64,000 bases of DNA from Octopus sinensis (lineage: Eukaryota), in NCBI RefSeq assembly GCF_006345805.1, contig NC_043004.1, forward strand, positions 97,216,001 through 97,280,000, in the 5' to 3' direction. This document shows positions 26,210 to 38,555 of this stretch, one piece after another; the first letter of the stretch is position 1; each line of letters opens with the position of its first letter. The notes below the pieces were generated by a model. It did not search any database and was not told the origin of the DNA. It saw nothing but the letters and a program-made list of their open reading frames with translations. A program made the translations under genes and the position numbers.

Positions 26210-27141
26210 CATGGTCTGATCAATAAGTATTATCCGTACTATTGTCATAGTAACAAAGCTAAAGCATGCAGAGTAAAGACGCTTGATACAGATTGACCTT
26301 CAGCTCTTTGCGAATGTGTACTAAGTTTCAACGTTCTAGTTCACTCCCACTGTTTACAGCAGTGCTTGGAAGTAAAGTGTGTAGCGTGTATTCGTTGCAT
26401 TGAACATGACAGAGAAAGTTGAGCAGAGAATCTGCAGCAAATTTTACCAAGAGCTTGGCAATACCTACTCAGAGGCCTACTCAAAATTTTCAATAACTTT
26501 TCATCGTTCCTCACACAGTCAAGAACTTGTGCAACTGAAGCACCAGAGTATTTTTGGTCAGCTAAAAGCAGTTTTGGCACAAACTTGGCAGACACGTATC
26601 TCATAACCAAATCTTCAGGGATAAGAAACTGAACTGAACCGTGACTAATCTACACATCCTTTGCTAACTCACGGATAGAGATTCGACAGTTTCCACTCAC
26701 AGCTGCACGCACATCTGCGATGTTTTTCTCAGTTCGTTCTGTTGGTTGTAGGTCTCCCAGAATGTTTGTAAATATCGACATTTTTCGGCCATCTTGGAAA
26801 CCTCTAAACCACTCATACACTTGTGTGCAGCTCATGCACTCCTCTCCATACACTTGTGGGCAGCTCATACATTCCTCTCCATACACTTTCTGCAAATTTG
26901 TGTAGGCCTTTCTGCAGGTATTGCCATGACAACTTTCCCTGTCATGGTCAATACGACAATCACATGTTACACACGTTACACACGTTACACATGTTACTTC
27001 GGAGCACTGCTGTAAAAAGCGGAAGCGAGCTAGAATATCAAAACTTAGTGCACATGGTCAATCTGTGCCAAGCAACTTTCCTCTTTGTGCTTTAACTTCG
27101 TTACTATGGCAGCAGTACGCTTACTTATTTATCAGACCTCG
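26210..27141. mobile_element. Two mariner left ends fused in inverted orientation, TA at both outer ends
   Basis: Plus arm: TA-CATGGTCTGATCAATAAGT, MTEKVEQRICSKF..EAYSK. Minus arm: TA-CGAGGTCTGATAAATAAGT, LQKVYGEECMS..QVYEWF..FQDGR, ISIRELA, SAKFVPKLL. Confidence 0.85.
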
Positions 27142-28019
27142 TATCACGTCTAAAGTTTCATTGATTTACTGTTTTGAGTTCAAACTCTGTTGAAACTGAC
27201 CTCTGGTATCAGCAAAATGTATAAGATCTGAAGTATAGCGATGAATTAACTTGAAACCCACCGACGTATCCGTTTCTATCTATTTCTTTCCTCCTTCACT
27301 CTCTCTCACTCTCTCGATCTCACCTTCAGTTTCTCTGTCCTTCTCTCTCATTCTGTAAAATATATTAACTTCATGTCTCTTCAAAACAAATAATTCATTT
27401 TATGTTTATTTATTTAAATAATTTTAGTCATTTTTAATAACTCTGTTTCCCCTCAGTCTGTGACTTCGTTGGTAATTAAAGTTACGTGATTAATAGAAAG
27501 TTTGAGACAGTCAGTCAGACAGAGAAACAAATAGATGAACCGATAGATATCTAGACAGGGAGGGAGAGAGTGGGAGTAGACATGTACATACACGCACACA
27601 TATATCCATACATTTACATATACATGTATATATTACATACATACATACGTATATACAAACGCATATATATATATATATATGTATGTATGTATGTATATAT
27701 ATGCTAAGAGAATGAGAGAGAAACGAGTAACAAGCAAGATAGCACTGGTGGTGGTAAGAGTTAATCAATTAGCTGCTTCAAAGGTTACAAAAGTCTTTTG
27801 GAATTCGTACAAGGAGAGACGACACATTATCTAACCCATTCCTCCAAGTTGCTTCTTTCTTTCTTCTCTTACTTCCTTTTCTTTCCTTACTTTATCTCTT
27901 TTCCTTCCTTTTTTCTCTTTCTTATCTTTTTATCTCTTTATTTAACTTTATTACTAACACCTCATTTCAGGTGTAATTTGTGTTTTAGTCCTTTTGCTTC
28001 TTTCTGCTTTTGTTATCTT

Positions 28020-28054
28020 ATATATGTATGTGTGTATATACATACATACATACG

Positions 28055-28090
<36 letters not shown>

Positions 28091-28102
28091 ATATATATAT
28101 AA

Positions 28103-28172
<70 letters not shown>

Positions 28173-28173
28173 C

Positions 28174-28245
<72 letters not shown>
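28020..28245. repeat. Long interrupted (TA)n
   Basis: Direct reading. Confidence 0.98.
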
Positions 28246-28246
<1 letters not shown>

Positions 28247-30569
28247 CGTGTGTGTGCGTACTCACGCGTGTATGTATGTGTGTTTTATGTAGTTTTTAAA
28301 AAAATTTAATGAAAGGGGAAGAGGTTTTCATTTTTCGAAAATTAGCGATAACATTTAGTATGTCATATTAGTTGAATTCTCCGGTTCATAATCTTTATAT
28401 TAGATTTAATTTATAAACAATATCTAACTCCTTGCTGTTCATTTATAGTTTCTCCTTCTTATCAACGTTATTACCATTATGAAATTAATAATATTATTAT
28501 TGATGTTCTTATTGTTATTATTATTATCATTGCCGTTTGTCATCATCGTAGTTCTTGTTAAGATTATGCTCAAAGACATCTTCGTTGTCACTATTATTAT
28601 TATTATTATAATTATTATTACGATTATTAAGATTATTATTATTATTGTTGTTTTTATTACTCTTTGTTGTTGTTTTTGCCGTTGACAGCTTTGGAAATTA
28701 AATTCCTTACAAGTATTTTAATATTATCAATATCCTGTTGAATAACATTTTTTAAAAAATTTTAAATATTTCATATATTTTTTAATATCTTTTTTCTTGT
28801 TGAGATAATATTTTGCTAAACTGAAAATTAAGAATATGACAAAACTCTACAGAATTAAAGAAACAACCAATCGAAAGGGAAAAAAATAGCAAAAGTAATT
28901 AAATAAAGAAAGAAAGAAAGAATGAAAGAAAACTGAAGCAACACTTAAACTCCCTGTCATATCTGAAACAATATTTGGTTAATTCTTAAAAATGATATTA
29001 GGTTCTTCAAATCTCTTTGATAGCCAAACATTTATACTTGTGAACGGAAAGCAAAAGACATTCATGATATAAAGCGACAATTTTTCATTTTATGATTTTT
29101 ACTAATTTAAAAAAAAAAATTTTGATTTAAAATTTTATTTATCTTTGATGTTGTTCTTGGATTTCAAATTCTTGTGTTGACATTTCAAAGGTTAAATTTA
29201 ACGAAATTTATATTATTTTGTTGCTAAATAACTTTCATGTTTTTCATTTGTTGTTTACACCCATCACTCTTTTAATTGCGACTAACGTAATGAATTCTTT
29301 ATTAGAAATAAACCAAGCTTGAAAGTGTGACTTTGCTGGTCATTTCTTTAAAAAATGGAATGTGTTAAGAAGTCTATTTAAGATTTAGGCATCAAAGCCA
29401 AATAAACTTTTAATTAATAAACAAAATGTAAGATGATCAAAGTACTTGAAGCAAACACAAACTGTTTGAAACTTTTCCTTTCACCTAAATAAAAAAAGCT
29501 CATTACTTAGATAAATGTCATTTAAATATTTTAGTACCTTCACTGGGTTTGCAACATTTTGTTCACTTCACAATAAAATTTACTTGTTTTTTCTAAATTT
29601 ACTTCTTGTTCAAATATATTTTTTTTCTACTAGTTAGAATCATTGAATATCTTTAAAATGATTTTGAGATTAGTTTAACTCTAGCAATGTTTTTGAATAT
29701 TTTGCAAATAAATTTAGCAAATTTATTATTTTGAGGCCTCTAGAATACTTATAATTGTTAGTATCATCACCCTAACAAATATTAATCACGCACATACACG
29801 CATACAAACGTGCACACATATACACACACCATCCTACCAAATATAAAACACAGACAGACACATTTACACACACCACAATAAACTCTGGGACCAATCAAAA
29901 ATGGCCTACACACAAAAACACAAACACACGTATATACACACACACACATAGAGACATACACAGAGGCACACACACCATTCTGACCTTTAAGACCAGTCCC
30001 AAAAACCACTGAACCATGACAGGCTAGCCCAGAAACACAAAATCCTTTCAATTCCACATAGCTCTTCCTACCCCCACCCTAACCAACCTCCCACACTGTC
30101 CCTTAAAATAGCAAACAACCCTTAGCTTCACACAAAATAAAAAATACTAAAACAGGTCTGTTCATTTCAAATTTTTGTAAACTCCTAAATATATCTCCTT
30201 CTATGTATATATATACTACCAAATATGATTTTTATTGAACTCCTAATACTTTTTCTGTGTATGTATATAGATACTTCGAAACAAACATGATCTTTTATTG
30301 AACTCCTAATATTTTAATTGAACTTTTTGTTTAATATATTCTCAGATATTACTTTGTAAACCGTTTTTAGCATTTTATTATCATTATCAAAGAATAATAT
30401 TTTAATACTTTTGTGACAACCAGTACTTAACACAACAAAGCTTATACAAAGCTTCACATTTTACTTTTGACAATCTTTTTCTAAAAAAGTGAAACCGGAC
30501 AAGTGACTACACATCTTTAAAATTGCATTTTCAAACCTTCATTCATATATATTTCCACTCGTGCGGTAC

Positions 30570-31010
30570 CTTACAACTTCACTTTATTAAATATATATAT
30601 CTTCTATAATAGTAACTACTGATTTTCTTAACTCTTTGGATCCTCCTGTAATGCCTTCTCACAAACTGACATTGAAAGAGCTTCAGTCATACGTTTGAGA
30701 AATCTGATTGTCAGGCAAACGATTCCACAATTCTGGAAGCAACAATCTTCACTGAATAAAAAAATTATTTGTTACAAGAATTCCACTGATTCCGGCAGAC
30801 ATGCCCTTTAAATTCAAGAGTTTCCAATTTCCAGTAAGAGTCAGTTTTGTAATGTCAGTTAACAAGAGTGAAGGTCAATCGCTCAAAATTGTTAGACTTA
30901 CCTTATGCAGCAGTACTTTCCGATGGTCATCTATATGTTGGTTGTTCCAGAGTTGGAAATTGCAATTATCTCTTCGTAATCAAACCAAATGGTAAATATA
31001 TATATATTCT
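30570..31010 (+). mobile_element. Helitron PIF1-type helicase C-terminal remnant
   Basis: DFLNSLDPPVMPSHKLTLK, ILEATI, RIPLIPADMPFKFKSFQFPVRVSFVMSVNKSEGQSL, HLYVGCSRVG. Confidence 0.85.
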
Positions 31011-31140
31011 TTATCCTCCTGCTTTACAGTAATCTCCAAATATCACAATCATGCAAAATCCTCCAAATGTGATACTCTGTGAAATAAATCTGAGATGGTA
31101 GAATACCAGTAAATGCTTTATTATTATTTCTTTCTTTAGT

Positions 31141-31202
31141 TTTGGACTGAAAATCCAGCAGGAGCTAGTGTAAAATCCGCACAGAACGCGGATTTTAAAC
31201 TA

Positions 31203-31204
<2 letters not shown>
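31141..31204 (+). mobile_element. Helitron 3' terminus (hairpin + CTAG), apparently doubled
   Basis: AAAATCCGC-ACAGAAC-GCGGATTTT (31172-31196), CTAG at 31200-31203 followed by T; weaker hairpin TGGA..TCCA plus CTAG-T at 31165-31169. Confidence 0.7.
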
Positions 31205-31264
<60 letters not shown>

Positions 31265-31713
31265 CATTATTACACATAAATACCGCACGCTAGGAGGGAC
31301 TCTTAAAGTCAAAACTACCAAAATAAACATATCGTACCGATTTACAAGTCTCGAAGCAAGTCATTTAAAAACAGAATTAAGCTGCAGATCACCAGTGATT
31401 TCATAATCAGCGCAGTGGTTGCGCCCTTTACTCATCGGTGCAAGCATGATTCAAGATTTATAATGAATGAACAAAATCAACATACCAGATGAACAACCAT
31501 CGGATCCACCGTAGTATATAGAACTGTTCACCCTTTATACATCAATGTAAATGGCGGGCTTTTTCGAATTGCATTTCGGTAACAACGTGCTTATTCGGAA
31601 TAAAAATTCAGTATTGAATATACTCCGGTGAAATTTATAATTTAAAAATATGATAAAATCTTCATAAGAAATTATCAAGTAGTTAGCGTGAAAAACCTCA
31701 TAATAGAAAAAGA

Positions 31714-31720
<7 letters not shown>
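31265..31720 (-). mobile_element. Small (TA)n-flanked hammerhead-bearing repeat, family H2 copy 1
   Basis: Aligns with 60155-60700 over >300 nt; contains the hammerhead at 31381-31445. Confidence 0.75.
31381..31445 (-). ncRNA. Type I hammerhead ribozyme motif (U4C variant)
   Basis: GCTTGCA CCGATGA GTAA-AG-GGCGCA-ACCAC-TGCGCT-GA-TTAT GAA ATCAC-TG-GTGAT C TGCAGC. Confidence 0.75.
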
Positions 31721-31766
<46 letters not shown>

Positions 31767-31789
31767 AAAGACTGCATCCATTACCTACG

Positions 31790-32990
31790 TTGACATTTAA
31801 GAGGAAGATGTGGCTTCATGACTTCCGGAATGGTAGAAGTCAGACAGTTGCAGCCAATGGTGAATTATCTAGGGAAACACAAATATTGAGTGGTGTTCCA
31901 CAAGGAACTGTCCTGGGACACTACTGTTCATATTAGGCCTTCTGGATATGTCCACGGTCACACGGACAGCCATTGTCACAAGCTACGCTGATGACACAAA
32001 ACTATCTCAAGCAATAATGAACCCTGATGATGTCATAAGGCTGCAGAATGACCAAAATGCAATATAAAAGTTGGCAGAGCAAAATGATATGCTAAAAGAT
32101 TTCAAGTGTTGCGCTACAAGACAACAAGTGCCCCCACCCCACCCCAACTGGCATACACAGGACCTGGAGGTACTGCAATCCCAGAACCACAAGCTGTGAG
32201 AAAACTGGGCATCAGCATGTGTGGTGATGGATCAGTTCACATGCACATTGTCAAGCTGACAGCAAAGTGCAGACAACTGGCGGGGTGGATACAAGGGGTC
32301 AAAATGTCATGTTGACACTATGGAAGACATTTGTTCTGAGTCGCCTAGACTATTGCTCTCAGTTGTGGTCACCACACAGTGTCAAGCTAACAACAGAACT
32401 TGAGGCAATTCAGCGTCACTGTACAAAAAAGTTCACCACTGTCCAGTAGATGAACTACAGGGAGCGACTGAAGGCACTAAGTCTCCAGTCCCTGGGACGC
32501 GGGCGGGAGAGATATGAAATAATTTACATATGGAAAATACTGGAAGGACTGGTACCAAACTTTGGCATCAAGTACTATACGAATACCCGCACAGGTCGCC
32601 ACTGCATGGTACCAAGGATACCGTCCTCTGTATCTCACATAAGAACAAGGTATTGCAACAGCCACGGTTTCAGAAGACCTCAGCTCTTTAATACCCTGTC
32701 AAAACGATCGGGAGACCTGCAAGACATAGATGTAGAGATGTTCAAAACAAAACTCGACACGTTCCTATCCACGATACTAGACGAACCGATGGCTCGAACT
32801 GAGACTCAGTTGAGGGCAGCGATGTCAAATTCTCTTATACAACAGATGTGCCATCGAAAGTCTTGTTTGGACTACAACAGCTGGCGGAGAAGAGCCATGC
32901 AAGGAACGTGCAAAGAGCACAGCATAAGGAGGGAAAGTGATGGTGGTGCTCCAGCACGACCGCAGCCACTTGGATGAAACGAATAGAACA
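31790..32990 (+). mobile_element. 5'-truncated decayed CR1-type LINE with 3' UTR
   Basis: LSGVPQGTVLG, SYADDTKL, VLSRLDYCSQLWSP, LEAIQR, NYRERLKALSLQSL..RERYEIIYIWKILEGLVPN, PQLFNTL, FKTKLDTFL..DEP. Confidence 0.9.
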
Positions 32991-33014
32991 TATATATATA
33001 TATATATATAATAT

Positions 33015-33046
<32 letters not shown>

Positions 33047-34627
33047 ATTATAATGAGATAAATATAATAAGATAAATATAATGAGATTAAATTAACTTTA
33101 CCATTTGATATTATTATTAAACAACAAATGTTCTGCAGTTTACAGCATGTATAAATAATTTATTTCATTATATTCTATAATAAGTAATATATTACTTTGA
33201 TGTCAGCAATAGTAAATATATATATATATATATATATATATAGCAATAGTAAATATATATATATATATATTATATATATATATATATATACACAATTTTA
33301 AAATCAATACTGATATTAAGCTAGCTCTTCAGGTTAAAAGAAATCCATGTTAAAATTAATACCTCAACATAACGTTTCACAAACGCAGAGATATACAAGA
33401 TTTGGTGGTCATTATTGGATTGCTCTTGATCATAGGTCCTCTCACTCATAGCTGACCTGCAGTTAAATGACGCCATATCCATAGATATATATGTGTATAT
33501 ACTACATATAAAAGTACCTGCACTCATATTTATAACGACGGGCATACATGCAAATGTTCCTACATATAATCAGTAATGCATTTATATATATATATATATA
33601 TATACAGACACTAATAAACACACACACACATACACAAATACACATATAAAACGTACGTAGTATGATTATAACGCATTGAGTGACACAAATACAAATACCT
33701 ACGAACACACATACATACAAACATGCATATATAAACATATACAAAATGCATGCAAACACATACGTGCGCGCGCACACACATACATAAATACATACCCATA
33801 GGCACAGCAATAAACAAACACACACACTCATACTGAAATATGACAGAATAAGGTATAGTATTTCAAAGAAATAAAATTCTCTTGAATTTTGCAGATGGGA
33901 ATTATTTCTGTCAGTTATGTTATTGCTGTTTTTGTTGTTGTTGTTGTTGTTGTTTGTGGTGATGGTGAGGCGGTGGTGGTAGCAGCAGTGATGACAATAG
34001 AATTGCTATAGGTGTATTGTTGTTGTTGGTTCTGGTGGTGGCTTCTGGAGTGATGTCGTTGACCGTAGTGGTTTTAATGGTGGTAATGATGATGATACTT
34101 GTTGTTTAGTCCAAGATCAACTCCGAATGGACATAATATTGATCGAATTTGTTTCAATAGTGACATGCCGGTTTTTCTGTATATTCTAGGATTACATTTT
34201 AAAAGAGGCTTTCTGTGAATTCATTTAAACATTCAAACAGTTATTTCTAGCTGACCAAATGACTATGTAGAGGCTCTCATGTTACAGCATGGTAACAATG
34301 GTGACAATCGCATAGTTAAGGAAAGTTGGCTGTTATTTTAAGCAAATCAAGTGACTACGTAGTTGTGTATTCATTTTGATATTTTCCATTATGATGGATA
34401 GTTTCTTTAACATTCACTTCATATATTTATTCGTTTACTGCTTTCAGTCATTGTACTATGATCATGCTGGGGCACTGGATTCAAAGCTTTTAATCAATTA
34501 CGTATGTGCCATGAACTATTTCATTCTCTTAACGAATAGTTTATTAATTTACTTTCCATTTAACTGTTCGTTGTCTATGTGAAGGTTCCTGGCCTAGTTG
34601 TTATGGTGCTATATTCATGACCATATA

Positions 34628-34858
34628 AGGCGGCGAGCTGGTAGAAACGTTAGCACGCCGGGCGAGATTCGTAGCCGTATTTCATCTGTCGTTACGTTCC
34701 GAGTTCAAATTCCGCCGAGGTCGACTTTGCCTTTCATCCTTTCGGGGTCGATAAATTAAGTACCAGTTACGCACTGGGGTCGATGTAGTCGACTTAATCC
34801 CTTTGTCTGTCCTTGTTTGTCCCCTCTGTGTTTAGCCCCTTGTGGGTAGTAAAGAAAT
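34628..34858 (+). mobile_element. SINE family B monomer
   Basis: GGCGGCGAGCTGG...GAGTTCAAATTCCGCCGAGGTCGAC...GTGGGTAGTAAAGAAATA. Confidence 0.93.
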
Positions 34859-34933
34859 ATATATTCATGACCATAAAGCAGTGGGTTCAACTCCCAGAAT
34901 AGGTGACGCATTGTGTTTTTGGGCAAAGCATAT

Positions 34934-35352
34934 AGGCGCAGAAGTGGCTGTGTGGTAAGTAGCTTGTTTACCAACCACATGGTTCTGGGTTCAGTCCCAC
35001 TGCGTGGCACCTTGGTCAAGTGTCTTCTACTATAGCCTCGGGCCGACCAAAGCCTTGTGAGTGGATTTGGTGGACGGAAACTGAAAGAAGCTCATCGTAT
35101 ATATGTATATATATATATGTGTGCGTGTGTGTTTGTGTGTCTGTATTTGTCCCCCTAGCATTGCTTGACAACCGATGCTGGTGTTTATGTCCCTGTCAGT
35201 TAGCGGTTCGGCAAAAGAGACCGATAGAATAAGTACTGGGCTTACAAAGAATAAGTCCCGGGGTCGAGTTGCTCGACTAAAGGCGGTGCACCAGCATGGC
35301 CGCAGTCAAAATGACTGAAACAAGTAAAAAGAGAAAAAGAGAGAAAAAGAGA
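34934..35352 (+). mobile_element. SINE family A, full length
   Basis: Same head, internal microsatellite and tail as 12364-12810. Confidence 0.95.
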
Positions 35353-35827
35353 ATATCATTTCCTATTGGTGTAGGTGTCTTATCATAAAACGAGAACCAT
35401 CCTCATAATAGAGTAGTCTTCTCTTCCACTCACTCTTCCGTTCAGTCAAGGATAGGAGGGTCAAGAATGTCACTGTATCTGATGGCAACTCCATAAGCAC
35501 CTGAAACAATTCAAGCGTGGTGATTCTCAGTGATCGTTAACTGCAAAACTTTCAGTTATATCATAAAGTTGACTTTGACTAATTTTCCTTCCGTTGGTGT
35601 TTAAATCTCGTGCTCGAGTTTATCGTATTATTTTCCTCTTCCTCCCCTCCTCGGCTTCTGTAATAATTTGATCCAATGATACGAGCAACAAACCCTTCCT
35701 CATACCACAAACTACCATCTCAAAGAAATTCCGAGATGAAATCTAGGAATTAATGCCTTTCACACAATTTAGCGTACAGGGATGTTTTGTAAATAAATGT
35801 ATGTATCATTATTTTAATCATCCCTAA

Positions 35828-36040
35828 AGCAGCGAGCTGGCAGAATCGTTAGCACGTTGGACGAAATGCTTAGCCGTGTTTCGCACGTCGCTACATTCTG
35901 AGCTCAAATTCCTCCGAGGTCGATTTTGCCCTTCATCCTGTCGGGGTCAATAAATTAAGTACCAGCTGAGTGCTGGGGTCGATACAATAAACTTAACCCC
36001 TCCCCCCAAATTTCAGGCCTTGTGCCTGTAGTAGAAAGGA
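35828..36040 (+). mobile_element. SINE family B, alternative tail
   Basis: B head with CCCCTCCCCCCAAATTTCAGGCCTTGTGCCTGTAGTAGAAAG tail. Confidence 0.85.
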
Positions 36041-36162
36041 TTAGCTTAATCATCGCTGCTTCCTAACACAAGCATATACATGCATATAAAAACATATTTA
36101 TATACGAATGAGTATGTGTGTGTGTATATATATATATGCATTCATTATATATATATACATAT

Positions 36163-36217
<55 letters not shown>

Positions 36218-36231
36218 TATATATATATAGT

Positions 36232-36395
36232 AGGCGTAGGACTGGCTGTGTGGTAAGTAGCTTGCTTACCAGCCACATGGTTCCGGTACAGTTCCACTGC
36301 GTGGCACCTTGGGCAAGTGTCTTCTACTATAGCCTCGGTCAACTAAAGCCTTGTGAGTAGATTTGGTAGACGGAAACTGAAAGAAGCCCGTCGTA

Positions 36396-36466
<71 letters not shown>

Positions 36467-36655
36467 ATGTGTGTATATGTTGTGTGTCTGTGTCTACGTC
36501 CCCGTAGCCAAGCGGTTCGGTAAAAGAGATCGATAGAATAAGTACTGGGCTTACAAAGAATAAGTCCCGGGGTCGATTTGCTCGACTAAAGGCAGTGCTC
36601 CAGCATGGCCACAGTCAAATGATTGAAACAAGTAAAAGAGTAAAAGAGTAAAAGA
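36232..36655 (+). mobile_element. SINE family A, full length
   Basis: Same head, internal microsatellite and (TAAAAGAG)n tail. Confidence 0.95.
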
Positions 36656-36671
36656 ACATATATACACTCAT

Positions 36672-36715
<44 letters not shown>

Positions 36716-36790
36716 CCCATAAACACATACAGAGACATATACAAGAGTTATACACATAATACAAGATGAATACAATGACATTATTTGCTT

Positions 36791-36879
36791 ATAACGTATT
36801 GACATGTGTTTCGCTAACATTTACATAAAGCCAAATTTACATATTTCCTTTATACAAGTCACTTCATCAAAATTGTTAT
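36791..36879 (-). ncRNA. Degenerate type I hammerhead motif (C3U)
   Basis: ATAAC-A-ATT TTGATGA A GTGAC..GTTAGC GAA ACACATGT C AAT-AC-GTTAT. Confidence 0.5.
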
Positions 36880-38213
36880 GATAAACGATGAATTTTGTAG
36901 AATGATAGATATTTATAGTTTTCCAGAAATTTGTAAGATAGATCTAGTAGGATAAATTGACAGACATATAGTCTGCTTTCGGCTTATAGCGTACCATAAC
37001 ATAAGTTTTGAGAATACTTATATTAAACAGATTGCTAGAATGTTTTATGACTGAAGAATAAGACGTTTCGTTGTGGCTATTCAAACATCATCCATAAAAC
37101 TACGATATGAGAAGTTAGACAAGAAAAATTAGAATAAATAGAATAAGTATATGTGTGTGGTGTGTATGTGTGGGTATGTATAGTGTGGATATATATGTAC
37201 TGAGATGAACCATTTTCAGCTCACGAGCTGTGGCCATAGGCAGATAAACAGATACATGTATGCACACACACACAGGCACACGCACACGCACATACACATA
37301 AAACCACGTAGTTACATACATTTACGCATCTACATACATATATACACACATGCATATTCAAACATTACTACATACGCTTAGTTATAAATTCACATAAAAT
37401 AACCATTAAATGTGTGTTTGTGTGTGTCTGTGTGTGTGTGTGTGTGTATGTGTGTAAGTACTAATATACAGAGATAACCGTGCAGAAATATGGGTATAAA
37501 AAGGATGGAAGTCGAATTAACATTTCAATATTGCAATGTTACATGCTAGTAAACTAATAATAATAATTTATTTCATATGTTAATTATATAAACGATAAAT
37601 CGTGATTGTTGAATGCTTAGGATTGAAGTTAATTTATAGGTTCAATGGTAGAAAGCTTAAGTGACGGAAGTATTTATGATGTATTATTATTGAAGACTTA
37701 TTAAATATTATTTTTGATTGCCCGATTCTTACGTATACTTGTTACTTTGTATATCTCGAAAGTTTTAAATATTGTATGACTGTAATGAATTGGGATTTCG
37801 TTTCTTTAGAGATATTATCATCTGCTAGTAACATTTTTAATTGTATCTACAATAATCCTTTCGATTTTAATATCAATACCGTTTGATTTCAAGCTTCCGC
37901 TTTGGTTTGTCAATGAAGTCTAATACTTCGATCAATTATCAGCGAATGAATGCTTATGAATAATGAATCTGTCTTTGAAGACAGTAGACGTAGAACTTGT
38001 ATGGTATTTGCTACTTTTATGGGTAAAGATTTATATTGTAAATTTTTTATTAAAGAACCTTCTATAAAAAATATATTTTTCTGTTATTCTACACGTACAG
38101 GCATGCATATTTGCATTAAAGGTTAGTGGTGCAGTATTTGTAATTTTTGCATTGTTAATATTGTTTTGTTCGTAGTTTGAGTACATCGTAGTGTTAATAT
38201 TTAGGTGTTTATA

Positions 38214-38555
38214 AGGCCGCGAACTGGCAGAAACGTTAGCACACCGGGCGAAATGCATAGCCGTATTTCGTCTGCCGTTACGTTCTGGGTTCAAATTCGG
38301 CCGAGGTCGACTTTGTCTTTCATCCTTTCGGGTCGATAAATTAAGTACCAGTTACGCACTGGGGTCGATGTAATCGGCTTAATCCGTCTGTCTGTCCCTG
38401 TTTGTCCCCTCTGTGTTTAGCCCCTTGTTGGGTGGGGTTGACTTTGCCTTTCATCTTTTCGGGGTCGATAAATTAAGTACCAATTGCATACTGGGTCGAT
38501 CTAATCGACTGGACCCCTCCCCCAAAATTTCGGGCCTTGTGCCTAGAGAAGATAA
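38214..38555 (+). mobile_element. SINE family B composite (monomer plus partial copy with alternative tail)
   Basis: GACTTTGCCTTTCATC..GGGGTCGATAAATTAAGTACC module present twice. Confidence 0.9.

Noticed and set aside
28930-29060. ATLKLP and ILGSSNLF..TFILV, faint PIF1 motifs upstream of the Helitron remnant
   Set aside because: Too short and AT-rich to support; may be the same Helitron
37040-37100. GTTTTATG..CTGAAGA..CATAAAAC hammerhead-like fold
   Set aside because: Plus strand lacks the G of GAAA and a valid stem III; the minus-strand alternative lacks CUGANGA
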